The notes under the pieces: generated by a model
Database searches by the model: none
What the model saw: only the letters and a program-made list of their open reading frames with translations
What the model was told of the DNA's origin: nothing
Assembly: GCF_000737315.1 (NCBI RefSeq)
Contig: NZ_JMCB01000010.1
Span: 248,001 to 312,000 of the forward strand
Direction: 5' to 3'
DNA from: Hyalangium minutum
GTDB lineage: Bacteria; Myxococcota; Myxococcia; Myxococcales; Myxococcaceae
Length of the DNA: 64,000 nt
Part shown: piece by piece, positions 1 to 9,330 of the stretch
Layout: every line of letters begins with the position of its first letter
How positions within the stretch are numbered: position 1 is the first letter of the stretch
Position numbers and translations under genes: made by a program

Positions 1-14
1 GGGAGAGCCAGCTG

Positions 15-383
15 GTGCCCGAGGAGACGTCGTTGGTGCGCGAGTGGGAAGGGAACGTCGGACAGGGGCAGACGGGCTATCTCGCCCCGCCCGGGGTTCC
101 AGTGGAGGGCTCTGTGACGCTGGAGCGGGTGACCCCGGACCACACGGAAGGCCACTTCCTCTACCACTACGCGAACGGCAGTGAGCTGACGTGCACCTTC
201 GATGTGCCGGACCGCCTCTTTGACGACGGTCTGGACGACGGTGGTGGCATTGGTGGGTGTGGGACGACAGCGATTGATCGGTGGGTCCTGGGCCCCCTTG
301 GTGTCGCTCGAGCCTGGCAGGCGGGTTCTTGGGACCACGTGATCACATGCGAGTCGGTCCCCGAGGAGGAGCACGGGAACTGA
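15..383 (+). CDS. Hypothetical protein, probably the C-terminal part of a gene starting before the window
   Basis: Open frame from the window edge with myxobacterial codon usage; no recognisable family motif. Confidence 0.45.
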   Translation: MPEETSLVREWEGNVGQGQTGYLAPPGVPVEGSVTLERVTPDHTEGHFLYHYANGSELTCTFDVPDRLFDDGLDDGGGIGGCGTTAIDRWVLGPLGVARAWQAGSWDHVITCESVPEEEHGN

Positions 384-483
384 TGTGGCGCAGGCAGAGC
401 AGGCAGGCGGCCCGCCTGACGCTGCCAGTTGTGGGAGGGACTTCATGAAATCGGGGCAAGCCCACTACATCCCTTGCTGCTGG

Positions 484-589
484 TAAGTGTTCGCCGTGCC
501 CCGTGCCCCGTCCCGAGGGGGAAGGGTCTGCCCAACTGGGGGCTCACGACAGGTGGGCACCCCGTCACCACGGGGACAGCGAACACTTA
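484..589. mobile_element. MITE-like element (about 106 bp) with terminal inverted repeats
   Basis: TAAGTGTTCGC (484-494) and GCGAACACTTA (579-589) are perfect inverse complements; the IR extends imperfectly to about 21 bp (ccccgtg/cacgggg); non-coding. Confidence 0.5.
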
Positions 590-680
590 GAGGGGGTTGA
601 ACTGAAGCAGGCAGGCACGGGAGGGAGTGCTTGCCCAACCCAGAGTCAGGCCGCAGGCTCCTTGCACACAGGAGGATGAT

Positions 681-1712
681 ATGGCGCGTGCCAAGTTCAA
701 GGAGCCGAGGACTGGAGGCTCGGCGACCGTCGTCGTCGGGGTTTCCTCGGGAGGGATGGACGCTCTGACGAGGTTGGTCGCGCAACTCCCTGAGAGCTTC
801 CCTGCACCCATGTTCGTTGTCCAGCACATGTCAGCGGACACCACCGGAGATGCGCTTGTCCACGCAATCAACAAGCACGGCAAGCTCGTGTGCACCCATG
901 CACAGGATGGAGAAAAGTTCGTAGGCGGTCACATCTATCTGGCCCCGTCCGATCACCACCTGATGATCGGCAAGGGAAAGATACTGGTCACGAAGGGCGC
1001 CCGGGAGAACCGCTCGCGTCCGGCCATTGACCCACTGTTCCGATCAGCCGCTGTGGCCTATGGAAACAGAGTGATCGGTGTGTTGCTGACCGGCTATCTG
1101 GATGATGGAACCGCCGGCCTGACAGCGATCAGGAGGTGCGGGGGGACTTGCGTCGTGCAGGACCCTCAAGACGCAGCCTACCCCGACATGCCGCAGAACG
1201 CCCTCAATCGCGTGAAGGTCGACTATTGCCTGCCGCTGGCGGAGATGGGCGCTCTTTTGTCCAAGCTCGTCCAGAGGAAGTTCGGCGGGCGCAAGCCCGT
1301 GCCCAGAGACATCGCCATTGAGGCGAAGATCGCGGAGCGAGTGTTGAGCGACGTGCGTTCGGTCGATGCGCTCGGGAAACAGGTGCCATTCAACTGCCCA
1401 GGTTGCGGCGGCGTCTTGTGGAAAGTCGAAAAAGACAAGTCCCTCCGATACCGCTGCCATACCGGCCACGCCTACACCGCACCCGTCCTTTTGGCCGAAC
1501 AAACGGCGAAGGTCGAAGAGACACTCTGGGTTGCCCTGCGGATGTTCGAGGAGCGGCGAAACCTCCTGCTCTCGATGCACACTTCCCTCGACGGCCCCGG
1601 CTATCGCTCGGCCTCCGAACGGGCAAAAGAATCCGAGGTCCACATCAAACGCATCAGGGCCATCCTGAACTCGGGCGACAAGGCGACCGACGATGATGTG
1701 TCCGAACACTAA
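681..1712 (+). CDS. cheB: Stand-alone CheB-type methylesterase with C-terminal Cys/His (zinc-ribbon-like) extension
   Basis: GVSSGG (Ser), VQHM (His), LTGYLDDG (Asp), ENRSRPAIDPLFRSAA; C-terminal FNCPGCGG...YRCHTGH; RBS GGAGG before ATG 681. Confidence 0.9.
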   Translation: MARAKFKEPRTGGSATVVVGVSSGGMDALTRLVAQLPESFPAPMFVVQHMSADTTGDALVHAINKHGKLVCTHAQDGEKFVGGHIYLAPSDHHLMIGKGKILVTKGARENRSRPAIDPLFRSAAVAYGNRVIGVLLTGYLDDGTAGLTAIRRCGGTCVVQDPQDAAYPDMPQNALNRVKVDYCLPLAEMGALLSKLVQRKFGGRKPVPRDIAIEAKIAERVLSDVRSVDALGKQVPFNCPGCGGVLWKVEKDKSLRYRCHTGHAYTAPVLLAEQTAKVEETLWVALRMFEERRNLLLSMHTSLDGPGYRSASERAKESEVHIKRIRAILNSGDKATDDDVSEH

Positions 1713-1907
1713 ATTAGGAGCCGCTTGGCTGTCTTGAGTCTCAACGTGGGTTGGATGGACTCGGGCCTCCCCTCCCCTTGCAGCACCAGGATGGGGACCT
1801 GCTGCTCTCCGATCTGGGCGAACGTCCCCATCCGGGCCGAGAGGCTCACAGGCGTCGTGTCTCCCCATGAGCCTCAGCGTGCCCGACGGATCGGCGCTAC
1901 GAAAGGG

Positions 1908-1941
1908 GCCCGCTTCCCAGCGAACGCGTCGGGAAGCGGGC
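1908..1941 (-). terminator. GC-rich hairpin downstream of the M23 gene (possible terminator)
   Basis: gcccgcttccc / gggaagcgggc 11-bp stem about 40 nt after stop 1983; U-tract not obvious. Confidence 0.4.
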
Positions 1942-1982
1942 TGCGCTGCAATCGGCGCCCCGCGCAGGCGGCCGGGAAGGAT

Positions 1983-3320
1983 TCAGTCCGCGGTATACAC
2001 GCGGGGCTGTTGGCCTCCCCCCAGGACGACGGCGTCGATCGGCCCGGACGCCGGGGTCCCGGTCGCCATCCTCGTCCAGCTGCCATTCATGACGGCGGTC
2101 TGGTACAGGTTCCCGGCTTCCGCTGTGAACACCTGCGGCCACCCGCCGCCCATGTTCACCGCCGTCAAAGTCGCGCCGGGCGCAATCGCGACACCCGTCG
2201 ACATCGTCACCCACTGCGTGCTCGAGGCCCAGGTTTGATGGAGCTGCCCGTTCAGCACGGTCATCACCTGAGGTGCGCTGCCCCCCATGTACACCGCCTC
2301 GAACGCATCGCCGACCGGCTGCCCGGTGGACGCGATGTGCCAGGCACCGCCGCCGGTCCACACCTGGTACAGCGTTCCACCCTGATTGATCATCGCCTGG
2401 ATGGAGTTGTCCGCCATCAAGACAGCGGAGACCTTGCCAGTCGTTTGGATGCCAGTCCAACCCTTCTGCCATCCGTTCGAACCGCCCCAGATGTGCATCA
2501 GTTTGCCATCCTCCACCGCGAGGAGCTGCGGCGACGCCTGCCCGACATTCACAGCGGACATACTCGTGGCGTTCAATGCGAGCCCGGAGTTGAGATTGAT
2601 CCACCGTCCACCGTTCACGAACGCGTGCCAGAGGTAGCCTTCGGAGCTGCTGAGGATGTCACCCCATCCCGTGCCCATGTTCACGGTCGTGAAGACCGTC
2701 GATGAGATCTGCTGCCCCGTGCTCATCTTCTGCCACGAGCTACCGTGTACCGCCGTCTCGTGGATCGTCCTTCGCGTGTTGGACTGGAGCCCGGGAAAGT
2801 CCATGGGGATCGCGTAACCCCTCGTCACCGTCTGGCCGCACGAGTAACCCTGGTTCGCGATGTTCGCCCCGTTCCGCTTGAGCTCGAAGTGCAGGTGCGC
2901 TCCGAAGGAGTTCCCGGTGTTGCCGACGACGCCGATCGTCTGGCCCTTCGTGACGGTCTGGTTCAATGCGACGGCCGGAGCTTGCTGCATGTGCGCGTAG
3001 AGCGTCGTGTAGCCGGACGCGTGTGTGATGATCACATGGTTGCCATAGCCACTCGTGCCGAAGTTGACGACGCGAGTGGTGACGACCCCGTCGTACGCGG
3101 CCACGATGGGGGCGCCCGCTGGGCCCGCGATGTCGATTCCCGTGTGCGTCGGCCTGGGGTCGGAGGGGCAGCCGCCGACGAGATACGTGACGTTCCCCGA
3201 AGCCGCTTGGATCATCGCCGCGTAGTCGGCCTGGGCCGGCGATGCGCCGAAGAGCGTTGCCGCGATGATTCCAATCACCGCCCGGGTTGCCGTGAAGCGG
3301 CCGAGTACCGCTGATTTCAT
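1983..3320 (-). CDS. Secreted M23-family metallopeptidase with six C-terminal ~44-aa repeats (probable beta-propeller)
   Basis: Signal peptide ending SPAQA; M23 motifs HTGIDIA, YTTLYAHM, GNTGNSFGAHLHFE; AGGAG RBS before ATG 3320; six repeats of type L-x-Q/H-x-W...W...TG. Confidence 0.88.
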   Translation of the reverse strand: MKSAVLGRFTATRAVIGIIAATLFGASPAQADYAAMIQAASGNVTYLVGGCPSDPRPTHTGIDIAGPAGAPIVAAYDGVVTTRVVNFGTSGYGNHVIITHASGYTTLYAHMQQAPAVALNQTVTKGQTIGVVGNTGNSFGAHLHFELKRNGANIANQGYSCGQTVTRGYAIPMDFPGLQSNTRRTIHETAVHGSSWQKMSTGQQISSTVFTTVNMGTGWGDILSSSEGYLWHAFVNGGRWINLNSGLALNATSMSAVNVGQASPQLLAVEDGKLMHIWGGSNGWQKGWTGIQTTGKVSAVLMADNSIQAMINQGGTLYQVWTGGGAWHIASTGQPVGDAFEAVYMGGSAPQVMTVLNGQLHQTWASSTQWVTMSTGVAIAPGATLTAVNMGGGWPQVFTAEAGNLYQTAVMNGSWTRMATGTPASGPIDAVVLGGGQQPRVYTAD

Positions 3321-3589
3321 ACGAACTCCTGTTTCATCCAATGCAAGGAGCTCCCCGGTCGACGTTCATGCGGCGCCTCGTGAGAGCGAAGTCACAGCTG
3401 CTCAGCTGGACGCTATCGCGGACCATGCATACGAATAAACTTGATTTACCTGAATTTGTGTTTTGTCCGAAAAGGCAGCATCGCGGGGGACGCCACGAGC
3501 ATCACCAGCAGGTTCACTCCGAAGCCCAGATTCGCCAGCGCTCCTTGAGGACGCCGATGCTCTCGTCGCGGACGCACAGCCACTCGCTT

Positions 3590-6500
3590 CTAGCGCAGCG
3601 CCGCGAGGGCTGCGCCGACCTTCGTCACCGTCACCGACACGGGCGTCGTCACCTCCGGAGCGAAGATGGCCACGCGGAGCTCCTCGAAGGCCCACCGCAG
3701 CTCCTGCGCCGCCTCCTGGTCACGCACGGTGGCGCGCCTGGCGAGGAAGGCCTCCCACAGGGGGGTGAAGGGCGCGGTCTTCCCTGCGTCCTTGCCGGGG
3801 TTTGCCACCGCACGCGACAGCCGTGCCTGGGCCGCGCGGAGGTAGCGCGGGTAGTTCAGCAAGCGCTCGAAGGGAATCCACTCGATGAGGTTCGCGGGGA
3901 ACAGGTGCCCGAGCTGCGAGCGGATGTCCCGCACGGCCGCCGCGCCGCTCGGCCCCTTGGATGCTGCCTTGAGTGCAGCGAGCGTCGCAGCGAGCTCCGA
4001 GGAGGTGGCAACGACGGCGTCCGCCCAGTCCCGGGCCTCACGCTCGATGCGCGGTGAGCCATCACCCACCAGCGCCTCGAAGGCCGCCTTCGTGCGGGGC
4101 AGCGGCGCACCCGGTGCGAGCTTGAACGCATCGTCGACGCTGCGTGCGAGGAGGAGCGCCCGGAAGGCCTCGGCCTGGCCTCGCGCGGGCGGCGCGCCGT
4201 CCAGGGACGGGAAGGGCAGCGGCATGCGCGCGGCGCTGACAGCCACGTGTCCGCGCGCGGCGAGCATCAGGAGCCGGCGGACCCCCGTGCGCGTGGCCGC
4301 GTCGGCGGCGGAGGAGGTCTCGAGCAGCACCAGGTCTACGGCAGCGCCCCGGTCGACGAGCGCGGGGTAGCTGCGGACCTCGAGCCCGCCGACCCGCCGG
4401 GTGACCACGGGGGGCAGCTCGCCGAAGGTCCAGGCCGTCAGCCCCTTGCGCTCCCAGTCCGAAGCCGGTGCCACGCTGCGCAGCGCCGCCCGTGCACGTC
4501 CCCCGTACTGCTCGAGCAGCGCGTCGGCGTCGCGGCTCCGCGCGAGCTCCTTTCCCCGCTCGTCGAGCACCCGGAGCGTGATGCGCAGGTACGGCGCCAC
4601 GGCATCCGCCCGGAGGGATTCCTCGGGCACGTCCACGCCGCACAGCCGGGACACCGCACGCGCGAGCGCTGGAATCATCGGCCCGCGGAAGGGCACCAGT
4701 TCCTTCTCGAGACGGTCGACCAGGTCCGGCACCGGCCCCAGCTGCTTGCGCTGGGCGCGGGGGACCTGCTCGAGCAGGGCGGTGAGTTTCTCCCGCTGCC
4801 ACCCGGGGATGGTCCAGTCGAGCTCACCCGGGACCAGCTGTGCGAGCAGCAGCAGCGGCACGCTCAGAGTGATGCCGTCGTCCTCGGCCGCGGGGTCGAA
4901 GGTATACGTCACCGGCACGGACGCGCCGTGCAGGGTGATGGCGTCCGGGTAGTGCGCCGGGGACAGGCCCGGGTCGTGCGAGAGGGCATCCTCCATCGAG
5001 AGGACGAGCGCGTCGGGGTCGGCCGCCTCGGCCTTGCGGCGCCAGGCCTCGAAGCTCGCTCCGTCCGTCACGTCCGCCGGGAGGCGCTGGTCGAAGAACG
5101 TCAGCAGCGCCTCGCTGTCGAGCAGCTCGCTGCGCCGGGCCTTGTCCCGCAGGCGCGCCACGCGCTCGAGCACCTGTCGGTTCTTCTCCTGGAACGCCCC
5201 CCGGGTGCGGTACTCGCCGCGCACCAGGGCATGCTCGAGGAACATCAGCCGTGCCCGAGCGGGGTCCATGCTGGCCAGGGCCACGGGGCGCTCCTTGAAG
5301 ACCTGAAGCCCAAAGAGGGTCGCGTTCTCCTTCACCACGGCGCGCGCGGACTTCTCCGACCAGTGCGGTTCGGAGTAGCTGCGCTTGAGCAGGTGGGGGG
5401 CCGCCGCCGCGAGCCACTCCGGGTCGAGCTTCGCCACGGTGCGCGCGAACAGCTGGGACGTCTCCACGAGCTCGAACGCCATCACCCAGGCAGGGGGCTT
5501 TTTCGCGAGCGCCGACGAGGGGTGAACCATGAAGCGCGTCTGCTTCGCGCCCGTATAGTGGCGCGGCTCCGGATTCCACTGGCCGATGCGGGACAGGAGC
5601 CCGGTGAGGAGCGCCTGGTGCAGGGCGTCCCCGCGCGAAGGGGCGCCCCGGCCCTTGCGCGGCAGGCGCAGCTCGCGGACGGTCTCCTCGAGCTGGCGCT
5701 GGACGTCCCGCCACTCGCGCACCCGCAGGAAGGACAGGAAGTTGTCCCGGCACACGCGCCGCAGATGGGACGTCCCCCGGCCCTCCGCCTCGCGCACGAA
5801 CGCCCACAGCTTGAGGAGCCCCGTGAAGTCCGAGTGCTCGTCACGGAAGCGCCGGTGCAACTCGTCCGCCTTCTGCGCGAGCTCCCGTGGCCGCTCGCGC
5901 GGGTCCTGCAGGTTGAGCGCCGCGGCGATGATGAGCACCTCGTCCAGGCACCCGTACTCGGCGCCGGCGAGAATCATCCGCGCGATGCGCGGGTCCACCG
6001 GGAAGCGCGCGAGCTGGTACCCGAGCGGCGTCAAGATGCGCTCCTTGCCCTCGATGGCCCCGAGCTCTTCGAGCACCCGCCAGCCCTCGGCGATGGCCCT
6101 CGGCTGGGGCGGATCGAGGAAGGGGAAATCCTCGACGTCACCGAGGCCGAGGGACTTCATCCGCAGGATGACCCCCGCGAGCCCGGTGCGCTTGATTTCC
6201 GGATCGGTGAAGGCGGACCGCGTGGTGAAGCTCGCCTCGTCGTAGAGGCGCACGCAGACCCCCTCGCGCACGCGGCCGCAGCGCCCTTTCCGCTGGTCGG
6301 CGCTGGCCTGGGAGACCGGCTCGATGTGCAGGCGTGTGGTGCCCGAGCGCGGGTCGTAGCGCGACAGGCGCGCTACCCCCGTATCCACGACGTACACGAT
6401 CCCCGGGATGGTGACCGACGTCTCCGCAACGTTGGTGGCGAGGATGACCCGGCGCTCGGGGATGGTAGCGAAGACGCGCGACTGCTCGGCGGCCGACAGG

Positions 6501-7300
6501 CGCGCATACAGGGGCTGCACCACCGTGCCCCGGAGCTCGCGTGCGTTCAGGGCATTCTCGGCCTCGCGGATTTCCCGCTCCCCGGGGAGGAACACGAGGA
6601 CGTCCCCGTCCGGGTCGAGCGAGAGCACGTCCGCCACCGCATCGGCGACGGAGTCGGCGAGCTCGGCGTCCTCGGGGGGCGGCTCGTAGAGCACGTCCAC
6701 CGGAAAGGTACGGCCCTCCACCTGGATGACCGGAGCCCCCCCGAAGAACTGCGAGAAGCGCTCGGTCTCGATGGTGGCCGAGCTCACCACCACCTTGAGG
6801 TCGGGGCGCCTGGGGAGGATGCGCTTGAGCCACCCGAGCAGGAAGTCGATGGTGAGGCTGCGCTCGTGGGCCTCGTCGAGCACGACCGTGTCGTAGCGGC
6901 TCAGGAGCGGGTCGCTGTGAATCTGCGCGAGCAGGACCCCGTCGGTCATGAACTTCACGGCCGTCTGCCGGGACGAGCGGTCTTCGAAGCGAATCTGGTA
7001 GCCGACGTCCGTGCCCAGCTCCGTGCCGAGCTCGCGTGCCACGCGCGCCGCCACGCTCGTCGCGGCGATACGCCGGGGCTGGGTGACGCCAATCTGGCGC
7101 GGGCGGCCGCGCCCCATGGCGAGCAGGACTTTCGGCAGCTGCGTCGTCTTCCCCGAGCCGGTGGCCCCCGCGACAATGACCACCTGATGGGCGTTGATGG
7201 CCGCGGTGATGTCCTCCACCCGGCTCGAGATGGGGAGCTCGGGGGGGAAATGAAGGGTGGGCAAGCCGCCGGGGGGAGGGACGGGTGAGTCGCCGGACAT
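3590..7300 (-). CDS. hrpA: ATP-dependent RNA helicase HrpA (DEAH box, C-terminal DUF3418-like region)
   Basis: GATGSGKTTQLPK, TQPRRIAA, DEAHERSL, SATI, ATNVAETSVTIPG, QRKGRCGR, HA2/OB-fold region, FEELRVAIFAPE C-terminus. Start taken at ATG 7300. Confidence 0.95.
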   Translation of the reverse strand: MSGDSPVPPPGGLPTLHFPPELPISSRVEDITAAINAHQVVIVAGATGSGKTTQLPKVLLAMGRGRPRQIGVTQPRRIAATSVAARVARELGTELGTDVGYQIRFEDRSSRQTAVKFMTDGVLLAQIHSDPLLSRYDTVVLDEAHERSLTIDFLLGWLKRILPRRPDLKVVVSSATIETERFSQFFGGAPVIQVEGRTFPVDVLYEPPPEDAELADSVADAVADVLSLDPDGDVLVFLPGEREIREAENALNARELRGTVVQPLYARLSAAEQSRVFATIPERRVILATNVAETSVTIPGIVYVVDTGVARLSRYDPRSGTTRLHIEPVSQASADQRKGRCGRVREGVCVRLYDEASFTTRSAFTDPEIKRTGLAGVILRMKSLGLGDVEDFPFLDPPQPRAIAEGWRVLEELGAIEGKERILTPLGYQLARFPVDPRIARMILAGAEYGCLDEVLIIAAALNLQDPRERPRELAQKADELHRRFRDEHSDFTGLLKLWAFVREAEGRGTSHLRRVCRDNFLSFLRVREWRDVQRQLEETVRELRLPRKGRGAPSRGDALHQALLTGLLSRIGQWNPEPRHYTGAKQTRFMVHPSSALAKKPPAWVMAFELVETSQLFARTVAKLDPEWLAAAAPHLLKRSYSEPHWSEKSARAVVKENATLFGLQVFKERPVALASMDPARARLMFLEHALVRGEYRTRGAFQEKNRQVLERVARLRDKARRSELLDSEALLTFFDQRLPADVTDGASFEAWRRKAEAADPDALVLSMEDALSHDPGLSPAHYPDAITLHGASVPVTYTFDPAAEDDGITLSVPLLLLAQLVPGELDWTIPGWQREKLTALLEQVPRAQRKQLGPVPDLVDRLEKELVPFRGPMIPALARAVSRLCGVDVPEESLRADAVAPYLRITLRVLDERGKELARSRDADALLEQYGGRARAALRSVAPASDWERKGLTAWTFGELPPVVTRRVGGLEVRSYPALVDRGAAVDLVLLETSSAADAATRTGVRRLLMLAARGHVAVSAARMPLPFPSLDGAPPARGQAEAFRALLLARSVDDAFKLAPGAPLPRTKAAFEALVGDGSPRIEREARDWADAVVATSSELAATLAALKAASKGPSGAAAVRDIRSQLGHLFPANLIEWIPFERLLNYPRYLRAAQARLSRAVANPGKDAGKTAPFTPLWEAFLARRATVRDQEAAQELRWAFEELRVAIFAPEVTTPVSVTVTKVGAALAALR

Positions 7301-7357
7301 GGCAGCATGACCTAGCACTGAAGCGCACGCTCCACACCCTGACGAAGTGTAGGGGGG

Positions 7358-7474
7358 GCCCAAAGGGGGCTGCACCGGCCTGGGGCACTGCCCAGCTGCC
7401 TCCCCTCTGCGCCTCTCCTCCGCCCCTCTGTTCCACCCCTCCCCCTCAACCCGCCTCCGATTCGTCCTATGCGC
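7358..7474 (+). repeat. Dispersed repeat copy 1 (IS91/ISCR-type right end, ori-like)
   Basis: 7371-7474 matches 11501-11604 at 100/104 nt, same orientation; ends TTCGTCCTATGCGC, resembling the TTCCTAT-x-C ori motif of IS91/ISCR elements. Confidence 0.75.
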
Positions 7475-7544
7475 AGCGTGAGACCAGGGACGGAGCTGGG
7501 GCCAGAGAAGGAGCGCCTGTCCCTGGCAACGACGGTGCCGAGAA

Positions 7545-8351
7545 CTACTTGGGGGGATTGAGCGTGTCCCAGTAGCTGTGCAGGCCACGGATGTGGTTGC
7601 CGCCATCCACGGCGAGGGTGTCTCCCGTCATCCACGACGCATCCTCACTGCACAGGAACGAGACCACCCCCGCGACGTCCGCCGGCGTTCCGCACGCCTT
7701 CCCGAGCGGCGTGTGGGCGAGGAACTCCGCCGCCATGCGGCCTTGCATCAGGCCGGCCGCCTCGGCGAGGGGCGTGTGGATGGCACCCGGCGCCACGACG
7801 TTGACGCGGATGCCGTAGCGGCCGAGCTCCGCTGCGGCGGCCTTCGAGAGATTGGCGAGCCCCGCCTTGGAGGCGCAGTAGTGAGAAAGCCCGTCCGTGA
7901 CGGCCGTCTGGTTGAGCGAGGAGATGTTCACCACGGCCCCGGGCTTCTTCGCCGCGATGAGTCCCCGAGCAAAGGCCTGCATGAACAGGAACGGCCCTTT
8001 CAGATTCACATCCATGACCTGCTCGAAGTCCGCTTCGGGCAGGTCGATGAATGGAGCGAGCGTGGCCGTTCCGGCGTTGTTGACCAGGATGCCGGGCAGG
8101 CCCAGCTCCCGCGTGGCGAGCTCCAGTCCCTGTGCCACGTCGTCCGCCTTGCTCACGTCCCCCGCGAATGGCACGGCGCGTGTGCGCCCCTCCGCGGCGC
8201 GGTTGAGCTGCTCGGCGGCTTCCATCACCTTGGCCTGGGTCCTGCCGAAGACGAGCACATTGGCTCCGTCGCGCATCAAGCGCGAAGCGATCCCCAAACC
8301 AATACCCTGTGCAGCCCCCGTCACGATGGCGCTGGTCGAAATGAGCTTCAT
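7545..8351 (-). CDS. SDR family NAD(P)-dependent oxidoreductase
   Basis: [31 protein letters not shown]; RBS GGAGGGGAGG before ATG 8351. Confidence 0.93.
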   Translation of the reverse strand: MKLISTSAIVTGAAQGIGLGIASRLMRDGANVLVFGRTQAKVMEAAEQLNRAAEGRTRAVPFAGDVSKADDVAQGLELATRELGLPGILVNNAGTATLAPFIDLPEADFEQVMDVNLKGPFLFMQAFARGLIAAKKPGAVVNISSLNQTAVTDGLSHYCASKAGLANLSKAAAAELGRYGIRVNVVAPGAIHTPLAEAAGLMQGRMAAEFLAHTPLGKACGTPADVAGVVSFLCSEDASWMTGDTLAVDGGNHIRGLHSYWDTLNPPK

Positions 8352-8950
8352 CGATTTGCCTCCCCTCCGTAGTTGAAGAGGGGATTGTACGAGGCGCGGC
8401 GCCACTTCGTGAGAATCCTCGAGTGGATGTGGGGACCGCCCCAGACCTTCTGTCCCGCTGGGAACCCCGCAGTTGGCGTGGGGGGAGCCCCAAGCAGCAG
8501 GGGCTCACAGGCCCGTACGGAACCACCTTGCCCGGGTGTTGGAGGTACGCTGTAACGGGTACGATCAAAGGTGGGTGACCTCCTGGATTTGCACCCTACC
8601 CTCGCCAGCACCGGCAGTAACCTACCCCTGAAACGGGGAGACGCACACGAGGTGCTTGTCTCCCATCCACCTCGAAGACAAGCCGATCCCATCCTCGACG
8701 CGGCACTGAAGCAAGGCCTGTGGAGACCGTGAGAGGGGGGGGCGCGGCGGGTGGCTAGTTGGCTCCGTAGGGGGCTTCCGGTGAAGTGAGGCCCGCCCTG
8801 GAACGCTCCAGGGCTACCGAGAAGTAGCCAGACACCTGGCGGAACGCGAAAGGGTGGGTGGGTCACGGCGGAGCGCGGGAATCGGGTCATTGGTCGCACG
8901 ACGGCCCATCCCCCAGCCGCGCGCCGCTCTGGGCTAGAGACGCCAGAGGG

Positions 8951-9225
8951 GTAGAGTCGGCGGGAGGCGCGGTGCCGCTCGGGCTCGTCGGCGCCTAATG
9001 CGAGGGTCCGCTTTCGCTTGCCCTCTCGCCGAGTCTTACCCACGGTCCGTTTCCTCCACGCCGCTCATCGAACCGGACGTGCAGATTTCCTGCATCCGGC
9101 TCCCGGACAGGTTTCACGCGACGCGTCTCAGCGCAGGAGCGCACGCACCTCCAGCACTCTGAGTCTCCGGTACACCTCGTTGTACCTGAAGCGTGACGTT
9201 GCTCGCGCCACGTTGTGCCTCCTGC
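8951..9225 (-). mobile_element. Group II intron 3' fragment (C-terminus of RT/maturase ORF + domain V + domain VI)
   Basis: Minus-strand D5 GAGCCGGATGCAGGAAATCTGCACGTCCGGTTC (9070-9102) with AGC triad, GAAA loop and AC bulge; D6 stem GAGCGGCG..GGAGG/CCTCC.CGCCG-A-CTC with bulged A, ending ..CTAC at 8951; upstream frame RRHNVARATSRFRYNEVYRRLRVLEV resembles maturase C-termini. Confidence 0.88.
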
Positions 9226-9330
9226 TTGGAGACGCTGGGGTTCCCTGCCGAAACTGGCTCTTAGATCCAGCCCCCACACTCAACAGAGCCCCAGCTTCCG
9301 TAGGAATACTCCGATAAGTCATTTGAAAGC

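Noticed and set aside
3590-7606. ORF-track N-terminal extension of HrpA to 7606
   Set aside because: The extension runs through the dispersed repeat and overlaps the SDR 3' end; helicase-like sequence begins near ATG 7300.
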